Under the pieces are notes generated by a model. That model worked only from the letters and a program-made list of their open reading frames with translations. It ran no database searches and was not told the DNA's origin. A stretch of DNA of 50,056 nt, from positions 1-50,056 of the IMG/VR virus record IMGVR_UViG_3300028586_000005, one strand, 5' to 3'. Source of the DNA: a virus. Lineage: Duplodnaviria > Caudoviricetes. Both the position numbers and the translations under genes were made by a program. Positions 28,243-37,358 of this stretch are shown here, piece after piece; position 1 is the first letter of the stretch; each line of letters starts with the position of its first letter.

Positions 28243-28416
28243 ATGCCCGCCAAGATCGAAACCGCCAACGAAGCCGCCGCTAAGATCAGCGCGATGTCGC
28301 CAGCGACGATCGAGAAGCTCATCAAGGGCCTTCGCGCTCAGCATCCGCATCTCCGCCACGCGCCCGACAAGGCCGTCCGCGACATGCTCCGCGGCTTCGT
28401 CGCCGCGAACCGCTAA
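28243..28416 (+). CDS. Small hypothetical early protein
   Basis: GAAGGAAACC RBS; first gene after P2. Confidence 0.75.
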   Translation: MPAKIETANEAAAKISAMSPATIEKLIKGLRAQHPHLRHAPDKAVRDMLRGFVAANR

Positions 28417-28475
28417 TCCCTTTACTCTGAACCCGCCGGGAGGCGGTATCCTCCCACCAACAGAAGGAAATACCA

Positions 28476-28790
28476 ATGCGCCTCTTCACTCGCTCGCTCG
28501 CCCTCGCCGCCGCCGTTCTCTCGCTGGCGCCCGCCGTCGCCGTCGCGCAGGACGCGACCAAGCCGGTCAAGTATATCATCGCCGACAACCGCGCCGTCTG
28601 CTCGGGCCGCGTCGGCGAGAACAAGGCCCGCCAGAACGTCCGCTGGGCGCGCGAGCAGGCGAACGTCATCAACTTCGCGGGCGGCAACGCGCTCGCGGTC
28701 GAGCTCAAGCCCGGCATGACGATCGCGAGCTACACCGGCCCGCGCGCGCTCGACTTCTCGGGGGCGGCGGTCCAGAAGCTGACCTGCTGA
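28476..28790 (+). CDS. Small secreted/periplasmic protein
   Basis: Signal peptide MRLFTRSLALAAAVLSLAPAVAVA-QD; two Cys. Confidence 0.75.
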   Translation: MRLFTRSLALAAAVLSLAPAVAVAQDATKPVKYIIADNRAVCSGRVGENKARQNVRWAREQANVINFAGGNALAVELKPGMTIASYTGPRALDFSGAAVQKLTC

Positions 28791-28843
28791 GCGGAGGGCT
28801 CCGGCCCTCCCCTCGACCGACCTCGAACCAAGGAAACCAAGCC

Positions 28844-29062
28844 ATGGCCGCTAGGCCCCTAACTCCCGATCACGTCGCGTCGATCAAGCTCGCTCGGCAC
28901 TACCTCACCGAGATGAGCGCGACGCTCGACCGCATGGAGCGCGATGAGGACGCCCGCCCGGTCGCGCTCCTCTCGATGCGGATGAACTCCCTCAACCTGA
29001 CGGGCGCGATCGACGGCATCAATGCCGCGAACGTCAACGCCGGCTTCGCGGTGGTCGTATGA
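28844..29062 (+). CDS. Hypothetical protein
   Basis: AAGGAAACC RBS. Confidence 0.7.
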   Translation: MAARPLTPDHVASIKLARHYLTEMSATLDRMERDEDARPVALLSMRMNSLNLTGAIDGINAANVNAGFAVVV

Positions 29063-29352
29063 AGCGCCGCTGGCAGCGCCGCCAGCGCATCTGGCATCCG
29101 TCGATCGGCTTCGGCACGGTCACTCGCGTTCACAACCGCTTCAACGTCATCTTCGCGATCGATGACCGCACCGGCAAGGAGGTCGAGCTTAACTCCGTCT
29201 CGGCGATCCTCCTCAAAGGGACAGCGGAGTATCGCGTCAAGCTCGCCGAGCGGGAGGGCGGTTACGAACTCAAGTGGTTCGTCCTCCACCAGCTGTCGAT
29301 CGGTCGCGATCCGCGCGACATCAGGAAGATGCTGAAGGCCGCTTCGGCATGA
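29059..29352 (+). CDS. Hypothetical protein
   Basis: ATGA-coupled chain. Confidence 0.7.
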   Translation: MKRRWQRRQRIWHPSIGFGTVTRVHNRFNVIFAIDDRTGKEVELNSVSAILLKGTAEYRVKLAEREGGYELKWFVLHQLSIGRDPRDIRKMLKAASA

Positions 29353-29528
29353 AGCAGACCGCCGCCGAGTGGGCCGCGAACCGCGAAGCGCGGAAGCTCC
29401 CCCATTACGGCGGCAACCGCATCCCGGCGTCCTACCTCGCGCGCTTCGGTGGCCGCGTAGCGAGGCAGGACGATCACCCGGACGATCTACCAGAGGCCAT
29501 CGACAGCTTTCTGAGAGACCAGCTATGA
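29349..29528 (+). CDS. Hypothetical protein
   Basis: ATGA overlaps at both ends. Confidence 0.6.
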   Translation: MKQTAAEWAANREARKLPHYGGNRIPASYLARFGGRVARQDDHPDDLPEAIDSFLRDQL

Positions 29529-29869
29529 AAGACGAAGGCATGACGCTCAAGATCGACCTCGACCAGAAGGTCAAGGATGCGTTCGCCGGCCTCACAAAGG
29601 CGCTCGGATCATTCCGCCCGCACATGTCGCCGGAAGAAATCGAGACGGCGGGCCGGCTCCTCAGTCGCCGCAAGTCACTCAAGGATCGCATCGAGCAGCT
29701 GCGCGGCGCTAGCAATCGTATCCGGGCCGGCGAGGTTATGGGAACGCTCCACGGCGTCATCATTCCGTCGAGCGCCACGGAAGAAGTCGCCGCGGTCGTC
29801 GAGCGCCACATCCTGATCGACCTCAACTCGATCGAGCGCCAGCTGGCCGACCTGGGGGTGGCGCTGTGA
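29525..29869 (+). CDS. Hypothetical coiled-coil protein
   Basis: ATGA/GTGA overlaps. Confidence 0.7.
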   Translation: MKDEGMTLKIDLDQKVKDAFAGLTKALGSFRPHMSPEEIETAGRLLSRRKSLKDRIEQLRGASNRIRAGEVMGTLHGVIIPSSATEEVAAVVERHILIDLNSIERQLADLGVAL

Positions 29870-30474
29870 GTACCAAGGGCCTCATCGCGGACAAGCGCGT
29901 CGAGCGCGTCGACCTCAATGAAGCAGGCAAGGCGGCGTTCCTGACGCTCGCTGACCCGTGGCGCTACAACGGCGAGAAGGGACCGTTCAAGCTCGATAAC
30001 GTCGACCACGGCCACAAGATCGTGAAGGGCGCGACCGGCGGGACCTCCGCCCGAGCGCCGCGCGCGGCGACAGCGCCGGCTCCCAAGCCCGTAGCGCCGA
30101 AGGGGAACCCCACCGAGGCCATGAAGCGCGATCCGGGTAGCGAGACGCCCTCGACCGCGGCGCCTGTCCCTCCTGGCTTCGTAAGGGGCGAGGCCAAGAT
30201 ATACGTGTACCGCATCGTCCAGAAGTCGGAAGCCCTCAACCATGAGGTTGTCGGCTGGCTCAAGACGAACCGCCCTTGGCCCAAGGACTGGCTCGCCTCC
30301 CATTCGCAGGAGCAGCTGTGCCAAGCCTTCAAGGGCGAGCGCGAGGCGTATCACTTCTATGAGGACGGCTCATTCCTCTGGACCAAGAAGATGGAGGAGG
30401 ACGCGCGCAAGGCCGGCGACATGGGCTCGCCGTTCCGCAGCGAAAATCTCGAACACGGAGCCAACGGCGAGTAA
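29866..30474 (+). CDS. Hypothetical two-domain protein with Pro/Ala linker
   Basis: GTGA overlap; codon bias. Confidence 0.7.
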   Translation: MSTKGLIADKRVERVDLNEAGKAAFLTLADPWRYNGEKGPFKLDNVDHGHKIVKGATGGTSARAPRAATAPAPKPVAPKGNPTEAMKRDPGSETPSTAAPVPPGFVRGEAKIYVYRIVQKSEALNHEVVGWLKTNRPWPKDWLASHSQEQLCQAFKGEREAYHFYEDGSFLWTKKMEEDARKAGDMGSPFRSENLEHGANGE

Positions 30475-30546
30475 CCGCGGGCAACCGCTTCCCTCTGACG
30501 CGCTCGCGACGAAGGGAGGCGGTTGACTTTCTGTAGGGGACCGCTG

Positions 30547-33060
30547 ATGCCGACCGTTGCCGTCAACTCGCTCGCCGTCAAGCTCAAGGGCGAGACTGGC
30601 ACGCCGTTCGGGACCTTCCCGGCGAACACCGTACTCTTCAACCTGAGCCGCTCGCTCTACAACACGCTCTGGCAGACTGGGTACGCCGACCGCCTTCTGG
30701 AGGGCGTGAGCTTCGGCTTCCCGAGCTATGACGTCGACAAGGCAATCTACATCGACGCGAGCGGCAATACCGCGACCCCGCCGGGCGGTCAGCCGGGCGG
30801 CGGAGGCGGCAACCCGAACCCGACGCCGGGCGGTTCCGCGATCATCCCGGTGACGCAGTCGCAGTACAACTCGCTGCTGGCCTCCTCCTCCCTTCAGGCG
30901 CTGGCCTTCTACCTTGTCGCGGGCGCCAAGCTCCTATTCGCCACGACCGCCGCCGCCGCGCTGACGATCGCGGACGGGACCGGCGGCTCGACGCCGACCC
31001 CCACGCCGACGCCCGGCGCGGCCTTCTCGATGGCGCAGCTGCCCGCGGCCAACCGCATCTATCAGCGCAAAACCGTCACCGGCGGCACCAACGCGAAGGG
31101 GACCGGCGACATCGTCGTCCCCGCGACCGTCACCGCGTCCGGGACCGTGACGGCGCGCTGCCGCGACGTGACGAGCAATTCGATCGTCCAGCCGGCCTGG
31201 AACGCCGGCACCGCGACCGCGGGCCAGACCTCGATCACCGTGACCGGCGTCGCCGCGCGCTCGGGCTGGTTCTACCTCGATCTGTCGCAGGACGGCGGCA
31301 CGACGTGGCAGCCGGGCACCGTTCCGATCGGGATGGGCCGGCTGGTCGCGATGAGCGGGCAGTCGCAGACGGTACGCCAGTTCGCGAAGATGCCGACCTA
31401 CAGCGGCACGAACGCCTCGCTCAACGTCAGCATCTCGCCGCTCACCGCGGTGTATGCGCGCTACGCCGACAGCGGCAAGACGCTCACGACGCCGGCTTGG
31501 GCGGTCCCGGCGGACGGTAGCAACTATGACTCGACCTTCGTGTCCGAGTTCCTGCGCCGTCAGGTCGATCTGTTCGGCGTCAACTGCGGCGCGATCGGGC
31601 ACGCGGTCGGGTCGACCAAGATCGCCGACTGGTTGCCGGGCACGCAGAACCACACGGACCTCTCCGGCGTCTTGAACGCCGCGGGCGGCTTCGAGGCGTT
31701 CTACATGCATATCGGCGGGACTGACGCAGGGGTGCCGACCGCCGCCGCCGACTTCGCGACCGGCTTCACCACGTTCTTCAGTTCGCTGACTGCGCTCAAC
31801 GGCGCCCGCGGATCGAGCTTCGCGCGCTACGTCACGGCGATGGCGACGCGGCTGGCGACCGGCACCGAGGTCAACGTCCGCAACCTCCGCTCCGCGCTCA
31901 AGGCGTGGGCGGCAGGGACCGGCGCGGCGATGTATCTGGAGCCGCGCGACGTCACGCTGGCGGATGACGTCCACCAGGACCCGGCGGGCAATATCCGGCT
32001 GGCGCAGCACCTGTACCGCGCCACGCGGTCGGAGGCGAGCTTGGCCGCGGACGCCGGCCCGACGCTGGCGAGCGCGGTTCGCGCGACCGGCTCGGCGGAC
32101 ATTCTGCTGACGTTCAACCTGCCGACTGGCGCGACCTCCCTCTCGATGGTCGGCGCGGGTCAGCTGCGGTTCGTCGTGAGCGTCGCCAACGACACGACGC
32201 CACTGGCGCTCGACGCGACCACCCCGATCGTCGTGGGGACGAACACGATCACGCTGAAGCTGGCGGCGGTCCCCGCCAACACCGTCGCGCTCGACATCTG
32301 GGTCCTGAAGCACCCGGACCCCTCAGGAACGACCGCGGCCTCGGCGATGATCTACGACAACCACACGAACGGCGACGGGATCGCGGTGGGTCGCCACCTG
32401 ACGCCCTCCTACCTCCCGACCGTCGCCGCGGCGCCGGGCGGCGGCTCGACGCCCACCCCGACGCCGACGCCCTCGGCGCCGTTCGTGGACGACTTCACCG
32501 ATACGGACGGCGTGAGCCTCGCAGCCCACGTCTCCGCGACCGGCCATACCTGGACGGTTCCGGCGGGCACGCTGACGATCAGCGGCGCTAATGGTACGGT
32601 GATCGGCGCGGCCTCCTCGAATGGCCTGTCCTCCTACATCGCGCCGAGCGCGGACGCCTACGTGGAGGGCGTCATCGTCGAGCCGGTCGGGACGCCCAAG
32701 GGGAACTCGCTCTGGCTCCTGCTCGGCGTCAACGGCGGCAACAACTGGTACCAGTTCGGCCTTCAGCGTCCGGGTACCACGGCGCAGCACGGTTGGTACA
32801 TCGGCAAGACGGTCGGCGGGACGTTCACGGCGCTCACAGGGGCCTTCGCCGCGCAACTCTTCACGCCGGGCGAAACGTGGAAGCTCCGCGGCGAGCGACA
32901 GGGCAATGTCCTCCGGCTGTTCGCCAATGACGTCAAGGTCATTGAGATCACGGACACGACGTTCAGCGTCGCGGGCGGCGTCGGCGTCCGCAACTCGGGC
33001 GTCGCATCGCTGGTCGATGGCGGGACCCAGTTCACGAGCATGAAGGCCGGCGTCCTCTGA
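30547..33060 (+). CDS. Multidomain protein: neck-protein-like N-terminal domain, PT linkers, SGNH (sialate O-acetylesterase-like) hydrolase, C-terminal beta-sandwich/lectin-like domain
   Basis: MSGQSQ (block I), AVGST (II), IGGTD (III), DDVH (V); two GGSTPTPTPTP linkers; no signal peptide. Confidence 0.75.
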   Translation: MPTVAVNSLAVKLKGETGTPFGTFPANTVLFNLSRSLYNTLWQTGYADRLLEGVSFGFPSYDVDKAIYIDASGNTATPPGGQPGGGGGNPNPTPGGSAIIPVTQSQYNSLLASSSLQALAFYLVAGAKLLFATTAAAALTIADGTGGSTPTPTPTPGAAFSMAQLPAANRIYQRKTVTGGTNAKGTGDIVVPATVTASGTVTARCRDVTSNSIVQPAWNAGTATAGQTSITVTGVAARSGWFYLDLSQDGGTTWQPGTVPIGMGRLVAMSGQSQTVRQFAKMPTYSGTNASLNVSISPLTAVYARYADSGKTLTTPAWAVPADGSNYDSTFVSEFLRRQVDLFGVNCGAIGHAVGSTKIADWLPGTQNHTDLSGVLNAAGGFEAFYMHIGGTDAGVPTAAADFATGFTTFFSSLTALNGARGSSFARYVTAMATRLATGTEVNVRNLRSALKAWAAGTGAAMYLEPRDVTLADDVHQDPAGNIRLAQHLYRATRSEASLAADAGPTLASAVRATGSADILLTFNLPTGATSLSMVGAGQLRFVVSVANDTTPLALDATTPIVVGTNTITLKLAAVPANTVALDIWVLKHPDPSGTTAASAMIYDNHTNGDGIAVGRHLTPSYLPTVAAAPGGGSTPTPTPTPSAPFVDDFTDTDGVSLAAHVSATGHTWTVPAGTLTISGANGTVIGAASSNGLSSYIAPSADAYVEGVIVEPVGTPKGNSLWLLLGVNGGNNWYQFGLQRPGTTAQHGWYIGKTVGGTFTALTGAFAAQLFTPGETWKLRGERQGNVLRLFANDVKVIEITDTTFSVAGGVGVRNSGVASLVDGGTQFTSMKAGVL

Positions 33061-33092
33061 TAGGTACTGACCCGGACCTAGGTTAATGGGAG

Positions 33093-33117
33093 GGGAGGGC
33101 CGCGAGCCCTCCCTTTT
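33093..33117 (+). terminator. Rho-independent terminator
   Basis: GGGAGGGC-CGCGA-GCCCTCCC-TTTT. Confidence 0.7.
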
Positions 33118-33131
33118 CATGAGGTCTGTAT

Positions 33132-34004
33132 ATGAAGCCGATCATCGCAGTCAACGCCGGCAACGAGCCGAGCGAGTACCAAGCCTTCAACGCCTTCGTC
33201 AACGGACAACTGGGCGGCGGCTCAGTGTTCTTCGATCAGCGATCTGAGGCGCAGTTCCGCGGAGCCGCGGTCAGCTATCAGGCGCCGCAGGGCGGGCTGG
33301 TCCAGCGCGCGGTCCCCGGATCGTTCATCAAATATTCGCTGTCGTTCCCCGGCGCCGCGATCGACGTTTGTCAAGCGGTCGCCGAGGGGAAGTTTGACGA
33401 CCTCTACCGCGACATTCTGCAGGCGATCGCACGCGCCAATGCCGGCAACGTCCAGATCATCATTCGCCTGCCGTGGGAGTTCAACCTCAAGCGCGAGTAC
33501 CAGAATCAGTCGGTCGAGGGCGTCCAGAGCTGGTTCAAGTCGGCGCAGAACCGCATCGCGCTCATCATCCGCCGCATCCTGTCGCGGGCGCTGATCGAGT
33601 GGTGCCCGAACGTCGGCATGCAGCAGTTTGATCCGGCGCCCTACACGCCGTGGACCGAGCTTTACGACATCGTCGCGCAAGACCTCTACATTCCCGATCA
33701 GTCGTGGGTCTGGCCGGGCCTCGCCAGCTGGCTCATCAACGACGGCGGTGGTCGCGGCTGCGCCTGGGCGATCGACCTCGCGCTCCGCAAGGGCAAGAAG
33801 TTCGCGCTGGCCGAGTGGGCGGTTGAGAGCGAGCGCCACGCCGCCGAGATGCAGGTCATCTGCGACTTCCTCAAGTCGCTCGATAGCTCGACCCTCCACC
33901 ACCACGCCTACTGGTCGCGGGGCGATGGTCCGATCACGGGCAAGCTGCACGACGGCTCGCGCCCGACGCTGGCCGCCATCTACAAGGGAGCTTTCGTCCA
34001 ATGA
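33132..34004 (+). CDS. Glycoside hydrolase, GH26-like (clan GH-A)
   Basis: IRLPWEFN (acid/base), WCPN, DIVAQDLY, ALAEWAV (nucleophile). Confidence 0.75.
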   Translation: MKPIIAVNAGNEPSEYQAFNAFVNGQLGGGSVFFDQRSEAQFRGAAVSYQAPQGGLVQRAVPGSFIKYSLSFPGAAIDVCQAVAEGKFDDLYRDILQAIARANAGNVQIIIRLPWEFNLKREYQNQSVEGVQSWFKSAQNRIALIIRRILSRALIEWCPNVGMQQFDPAPYTPWTELYDIVAQDLYIPDQSWVWPGLASWLINDGGGRGCAWAIDLALRKGKKFALAEWAVESERHAAEMQVICDFLKSLDSSTLHHHAYWSRGDGPITGKLHDGSRPTLAAIYKGAFVQ

Positions 34005-35272
34005 TGAGATACCTTCTCGCCGCCGCCGTCGCCTTATTGGCGGCGGCTCCCGCATCGGGGCAGGCCGCTTGCGACCTCCCCGCCAACTCGAAAGTCGCCA
34101 CGTCGACCGACAAGGCCGCGCTGCAGAAGGGGCTCGACTGCCTCAAAGCGCGCATCAAGGGCCGTGAGGACAGCATCGTCGGGTTGACCGCCGCGAACAA
34201 GATCGACGCGACCCAGCGCGACGCGCGCGCCGCCCGGATCGCGAAGCTCAACGCGCAGCCGGCGACGCCAGCCCCCTCGCCGACGCCGACGCCGACGCCC
34301 AAGCCTCCCGCGCCGGTCACGCCGCCGCTCGGGCAGGGCAAGGCGGCCATCGCCTCGAACTTCGACACGTCGGCGTTCATCTCCACAGGGCTCGCAATCC
34401 CCGGCACCGCGGCGCCGGACGTCGTGGGGGCGTTCCGGCTGATCTGCCAGCCGCTGCCCGGCTCCAACCGGCTCGGCTTCGTCGACCCGATGGTCTGGCC
34501 GGGCGTCGTCGGCAAGAGTGAGCTTCACGAGTTCGCCGGCAACACCGCGGTCGACGAGAACAGCACCTATGAGACGCTCCGCGTGAAGGGCGACAGTAGC
34601 TGCATGAATCTCCTCAATCGTTCGAGCTACTGGCATCAGGCGCTGCTGACCGGCGACGACAAGTATGTCATCAGCTTCGATTACATCAGCTTGTACTACA
34701 AGCGCTTCCCGGTCTGGTCGCCACTTTGCGCTCGCGCGATCTATGGCTGCGTCAACTTGCCGAACGGACTACAGGCCAAGGCGGACGTGACTTCGTTCCG
34801 TTGCTTCACCAATCAGATCCATCGGGATACGATCGATGAAGCGATCAAGGACTGCGGCGGTGAGGGGCAGGTCCTTGCGTCGATCACGTTCGGCGATTGC
34901 TGGAACGGGCAGCTGGATAGCCCGGACCATTACTCGCACTTGATCCCGTTCTCGGGCAAGAAGGAAGCGCCTTGGGAACTGGAGTGCAAGGCCGGCTACA
35001 ACTGGATCATCCCACAGCTGACCCAGACGATCGCGTGGACCATCAAGAAGTCGGACGGCGCCGTGCACTTCTCGACGGGACCGGGCCACAAGCTCCACGG
35101 CAACTATCAGCTGGCCTGGGATCAGCCGACCCTCGACACGGCGATGGATAACTGCATCAACAAGCTGCTGAACTGCAGCGACGGCGACCTCGGCAACGGG
35201 TCGATCCTGAAGCGGTGGGCCGGCTTCGGATACCTGACTGAGCCGCGGTTGGTCCTCGCTCCCCTCCGCTAA
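34001..35272 (+). CDS. Secreted DUF1996-domain protein with coiled coil and PT linker
   Basis: Signal peptide; GAFRLIC...DPMVWPG..G.S.LHEFAGN, NRSSYW, FGDCWNG.LDSPDH.SH. Confidence 0.8.
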   Translation: MMRYLLAAAVALLAAAPASGQAACDLPANSKVATSTDKAALQKGLDCLKARIKGREDSIVGLTAANKIDATQRDARAARIAKLNAQPATPAPSPTPTPTPKPPAPVTPPLGQGKAAIASNFDTSAFISTGLAIPGTAAPDVVGAFRLICQPLPGSNRLGFVDPMVWPGVVGKSELHEFAGNTAVDENSTYETLRVKGDSSCMNLLNRSSYWHQALLTGDDKYVISFDYISLYYKRFPVWSPLCARAIYGCVNLPNGLQAKADVTSFRCFTNQIHRDTIDEAIKDCGGEGQVLASITFGDCWNGQLDSPDHYSHLIPFSGKKEAPWELECKAGYNWIIPQLTQTIAWTIKKSDGAVHFSTGPGHKLHGNYQLAWDQPTLDTAMDNCINKLLNCSDGDLGNGSILKRWAGFGYLTEPRLVLAPLR

Positions 35273-35292
35273 CCGGCGAGCCCCTACCCTCT

Positions 35293-35343
35293 GAATTATT
35301 TTCATGGTAGGGGCTTTACGGATGGGAAACTTGCCGTTACAAG
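35293..35343 (+). promoter_or_regulatory. Early promoter P3
   Basis: GAATTATTTT UP element; TTTACG 35315-35320; 17 nt spacer; TACAAG 35338-35343. Confidence 0.75.
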
Positions 35344-35402
35344 GGCGTTATTGAGACTGACCGACCCGGCGCGATCCGGGAGTAAACAAAGAGGAAACGA
35401 AG

Positions 35403-36068
35403 ATGACGACCCTCAACGAAACCGTCGCCGCGATGCAGCCGAAGCAGCTGCTGGCTACCTTCAACGCCCTCGCCGCGACGATCCCCGGCATGGCCCCTTG
35501 CGCGCGTTTCTCCTCCCGCAATTACGGCGTCGCCCGTACCCAGAAGCTCCTCGAAGTTGTCCTGGAGCGCGAGCACAAGGATGACGTTGACGCCGAGTTC
35601 GCCGGTCGCGCCGCCGCGATCGTCGAGGGCCGCGAGTTCGTTCCCGCCAACCGCCGCAACGGCGACCGCCCGGTCACCGCGACCGAGGAGAAGCTGGACG
35701 CCGCCGTCCCGGTCGTCGCGAAGCTCGCCCGCAAGGACAGCGCGCTCGACGCCGAGGGCAAGGTCCGTCACGAGCGCAAGCCGCGGACCTCGGGCCGGAT
35801 CATCCTGAAGGCCAACAAGGAGGTCCGCGCGCAGCTGACCGCCGCCGCCAAGCGCCTCGGCGCGACCCGTCTCGCCCCGATCGGCTTCACCGACTACAGC
35901 GCGTTTCTCAACGGCTTCGAGCCGCGCGAGAGCGTGGTCTTCACGCCGGTCGGCGGAACCGTTAAGGCGGACGCGACAGTGTTCGAGCGCGGCGAGGTCA
36001 AGCTGACGATCGACGACGGCAAGTTCATCGTCGAGGCGTACCGCGAAGGCGCGCTCATCATCGAGTAA
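35403..36068 (+). CDS. Early protein; C-terminal domain paralogous to that of 40295-41227
   Basis: GAGGAAACGAAG RBS; shared AAKxL/RL...G...Y..FL.G/SVVF/TI..GK pattern. Confidence 0.8.
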   Translation: MTTLNETVAAMQPKQLLATFNALAATIPGMAPCARFSSRNYGVARTQKLLEVVLEREHKDDVDAEFAGRAAAIVEGREFVPANRRNGDRPVTATEEKLDAAVPVVAKLARKDSALDAEGKVRHERKPRTSGRIILKANKEVRAQLTAAAKRLGATRLAPIGFTDYSAFLNGFEPRESVVFTPVGGTVKADATVFERGEVKLTIDDGKFIVEAYREGALIIE

Positions 36069-36118
36069 TCAACCCGAGGGAGGCGCGTTGCCTCCCTCCT
36101 CAACCGAAGGAAACGAAG

Positions 36119-36823
36119 ATGACTGTCAACAGCAATGACATCCGGGTCGGCGTCAGCCCGCATGACGTCCGTGTCGTGATCCCTCACGACAGCCCCTACT
36201 TCGAGTTCAGCGAGATGGGTCTGTTCGTCGAGTTCACGAGCAACGAAGCGCGGGACCTCCTCGCCGTCATCACGATCGGGCACGAGCAGTCGCGGCGCGG
36301 CGGCGTGTACGAGCGCAACCACAAGAGCGCGGGACCGGCCAAGGACTGGCTGGTGTCGATCGCGCCGCGGTACGTCCCTGGCGTGGAGAAGGTGGAGCCC
36401 TTCTCGATCACGTCGACCGAGATTGTCGGTATCGACGGCATGACGATCACCGTCAAGCTTCCCTCCGCTCGTCCCCGGTTCCGCGCCCGTCCCAAGACGC
36501 ACTCGCACAATCAGGGAGGCGGGACGCGCTCGCCGATCTATAACCCGCCGAAGGGCGCCCCTCGTTCCGCGGAGAAGCTGCAGGAGCCCAAGCCGGAGCT
36601 TCCGGCGATCGAGGCGCTGGCCGGCCAGACGCAGGCCCGCTGGACCGTCTCCGGGGAGCCTAGCGGCGCTGAGGTCAAGGTCATCGAGGACAGCCCGATG
36701 CGCCCGGCGATCGAGGCGGCGCGCGAGCTCAATGCCTGGGTCCGCGACGGCTCGCTGCGCGTCAAGCTCGACACCGAGGGCTGCGTGGTCCTGTTCCGGC
36801 TGGTCGAGCAGGAGATCAAGTGA
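36119..36823 (+). CDS. Hypothetical protein
   Basis: GAAGGAAACGAAG RBS; codon bias. Confidence 0.8.
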   Translation: MTVNSNDIRVGVSPHDVRVVIPHDSPYFEFSEMGLFVEFTSNEARDLLAVITIGHEQSRRGGVYERNHKSAGPAKDWLVSIAPRYVPGVEKVEPFSITSTEIVGIDGMTITVKLPSARPRFRARPKTHSHNQGGGTRSPIYNPPKGAPRSAEKLQEPKPELPAIEALAGQTQARWTVSGEPSGAEVKVIEDSPMRPAIEAARELNAWVRDGSLRVKLDTEGCVVLFRLVEQEIK

Positions 36824-37158
36824 TGTCGCCTTCGATCGTTCGCCGGGGCAAGCGCCTCGGCACCGTCATCCTCTTCAACCGCGTCACGGTCGGCGCCTCG
36901 CGCTTCCCTTGGCAGAAGCGCCTCGGAATGGCCGCCCTCTCTGACCCCAAGACCGAGGGCGCCGGCACCCGGTACGGGTGGAAAGGGACGCCCGGCATGG
37001 GCCGCTTCGGCGGCGGATGGAATTGGTGCCTCGGCTTCCGCGCTGGCGGCAAGTCGATCTACATTGAGTTGCTGGTGGGGGCCATCTCCATCAGCTGGTA
37101 TAAGCCGGAGAGACTGAATTATGATGTACCGCGAGACGCCCAAGGACAGAGGGTTTGA
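36820..37158 (+). CDS. Hypothetical Gly/Trp-rich basic protein
   Basis: GTGA overlap. Confidence 0.6.
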   Translation: MMSPSIVRRGKRLGTVILFNRVTVGASRFPWQKRLGMAALSDPKTEGAGTRYGWKGTPGMGRFGGGWNWCLGFRAGGKSIYIELLVGAISISWYKPERLNYDVPRDAQGQRV

Positions 37159-37288
37159 AGACTATCACCAGGGCGCCTTGCGGATATCATGCCCGTATCC
37201 CCCGCGTACCAAGCAAGAGGAGGAGTGGCTCAAAGGATATGACGCCGCGGCGACTGGACGACTGAGCCTCAACGACAAGTTCAACTGA
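37121..37288 (+). CDS. Rmf/CrpP-fold small protein (55 aa, below the ORF-track cutoff)
   Basis: MMYRETPKDRGFEDYHQGALRISCPYPPRTKQEEEWLKGYDAA matches the RMF pattern RGY..G..G....CPY......WL.GW; GGAG RBS. Confidence 0.7.
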   Translation: MMYRETPKDRGFEDYHQGALRISCPYPPRTKQEEEWLKGYDAAATGRLSLNDKFN

Positions 37289-37358
37289 GGCTTTCTCTTG
37301 AACCGCGAACCGCGATACTCGAACAGGCCGCACCCGCGGCGGATGAAAAGGAACAGTT

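Noticed and set aside
30980-32475. Repeated GGCGGCTCGACGCC...ACGCCGACGCCC sequence as recombination sites
   Set aside because: Explained by two GGSTPTPTPTP protein linkers; a role in domain shuffling cannot be shown from one genome
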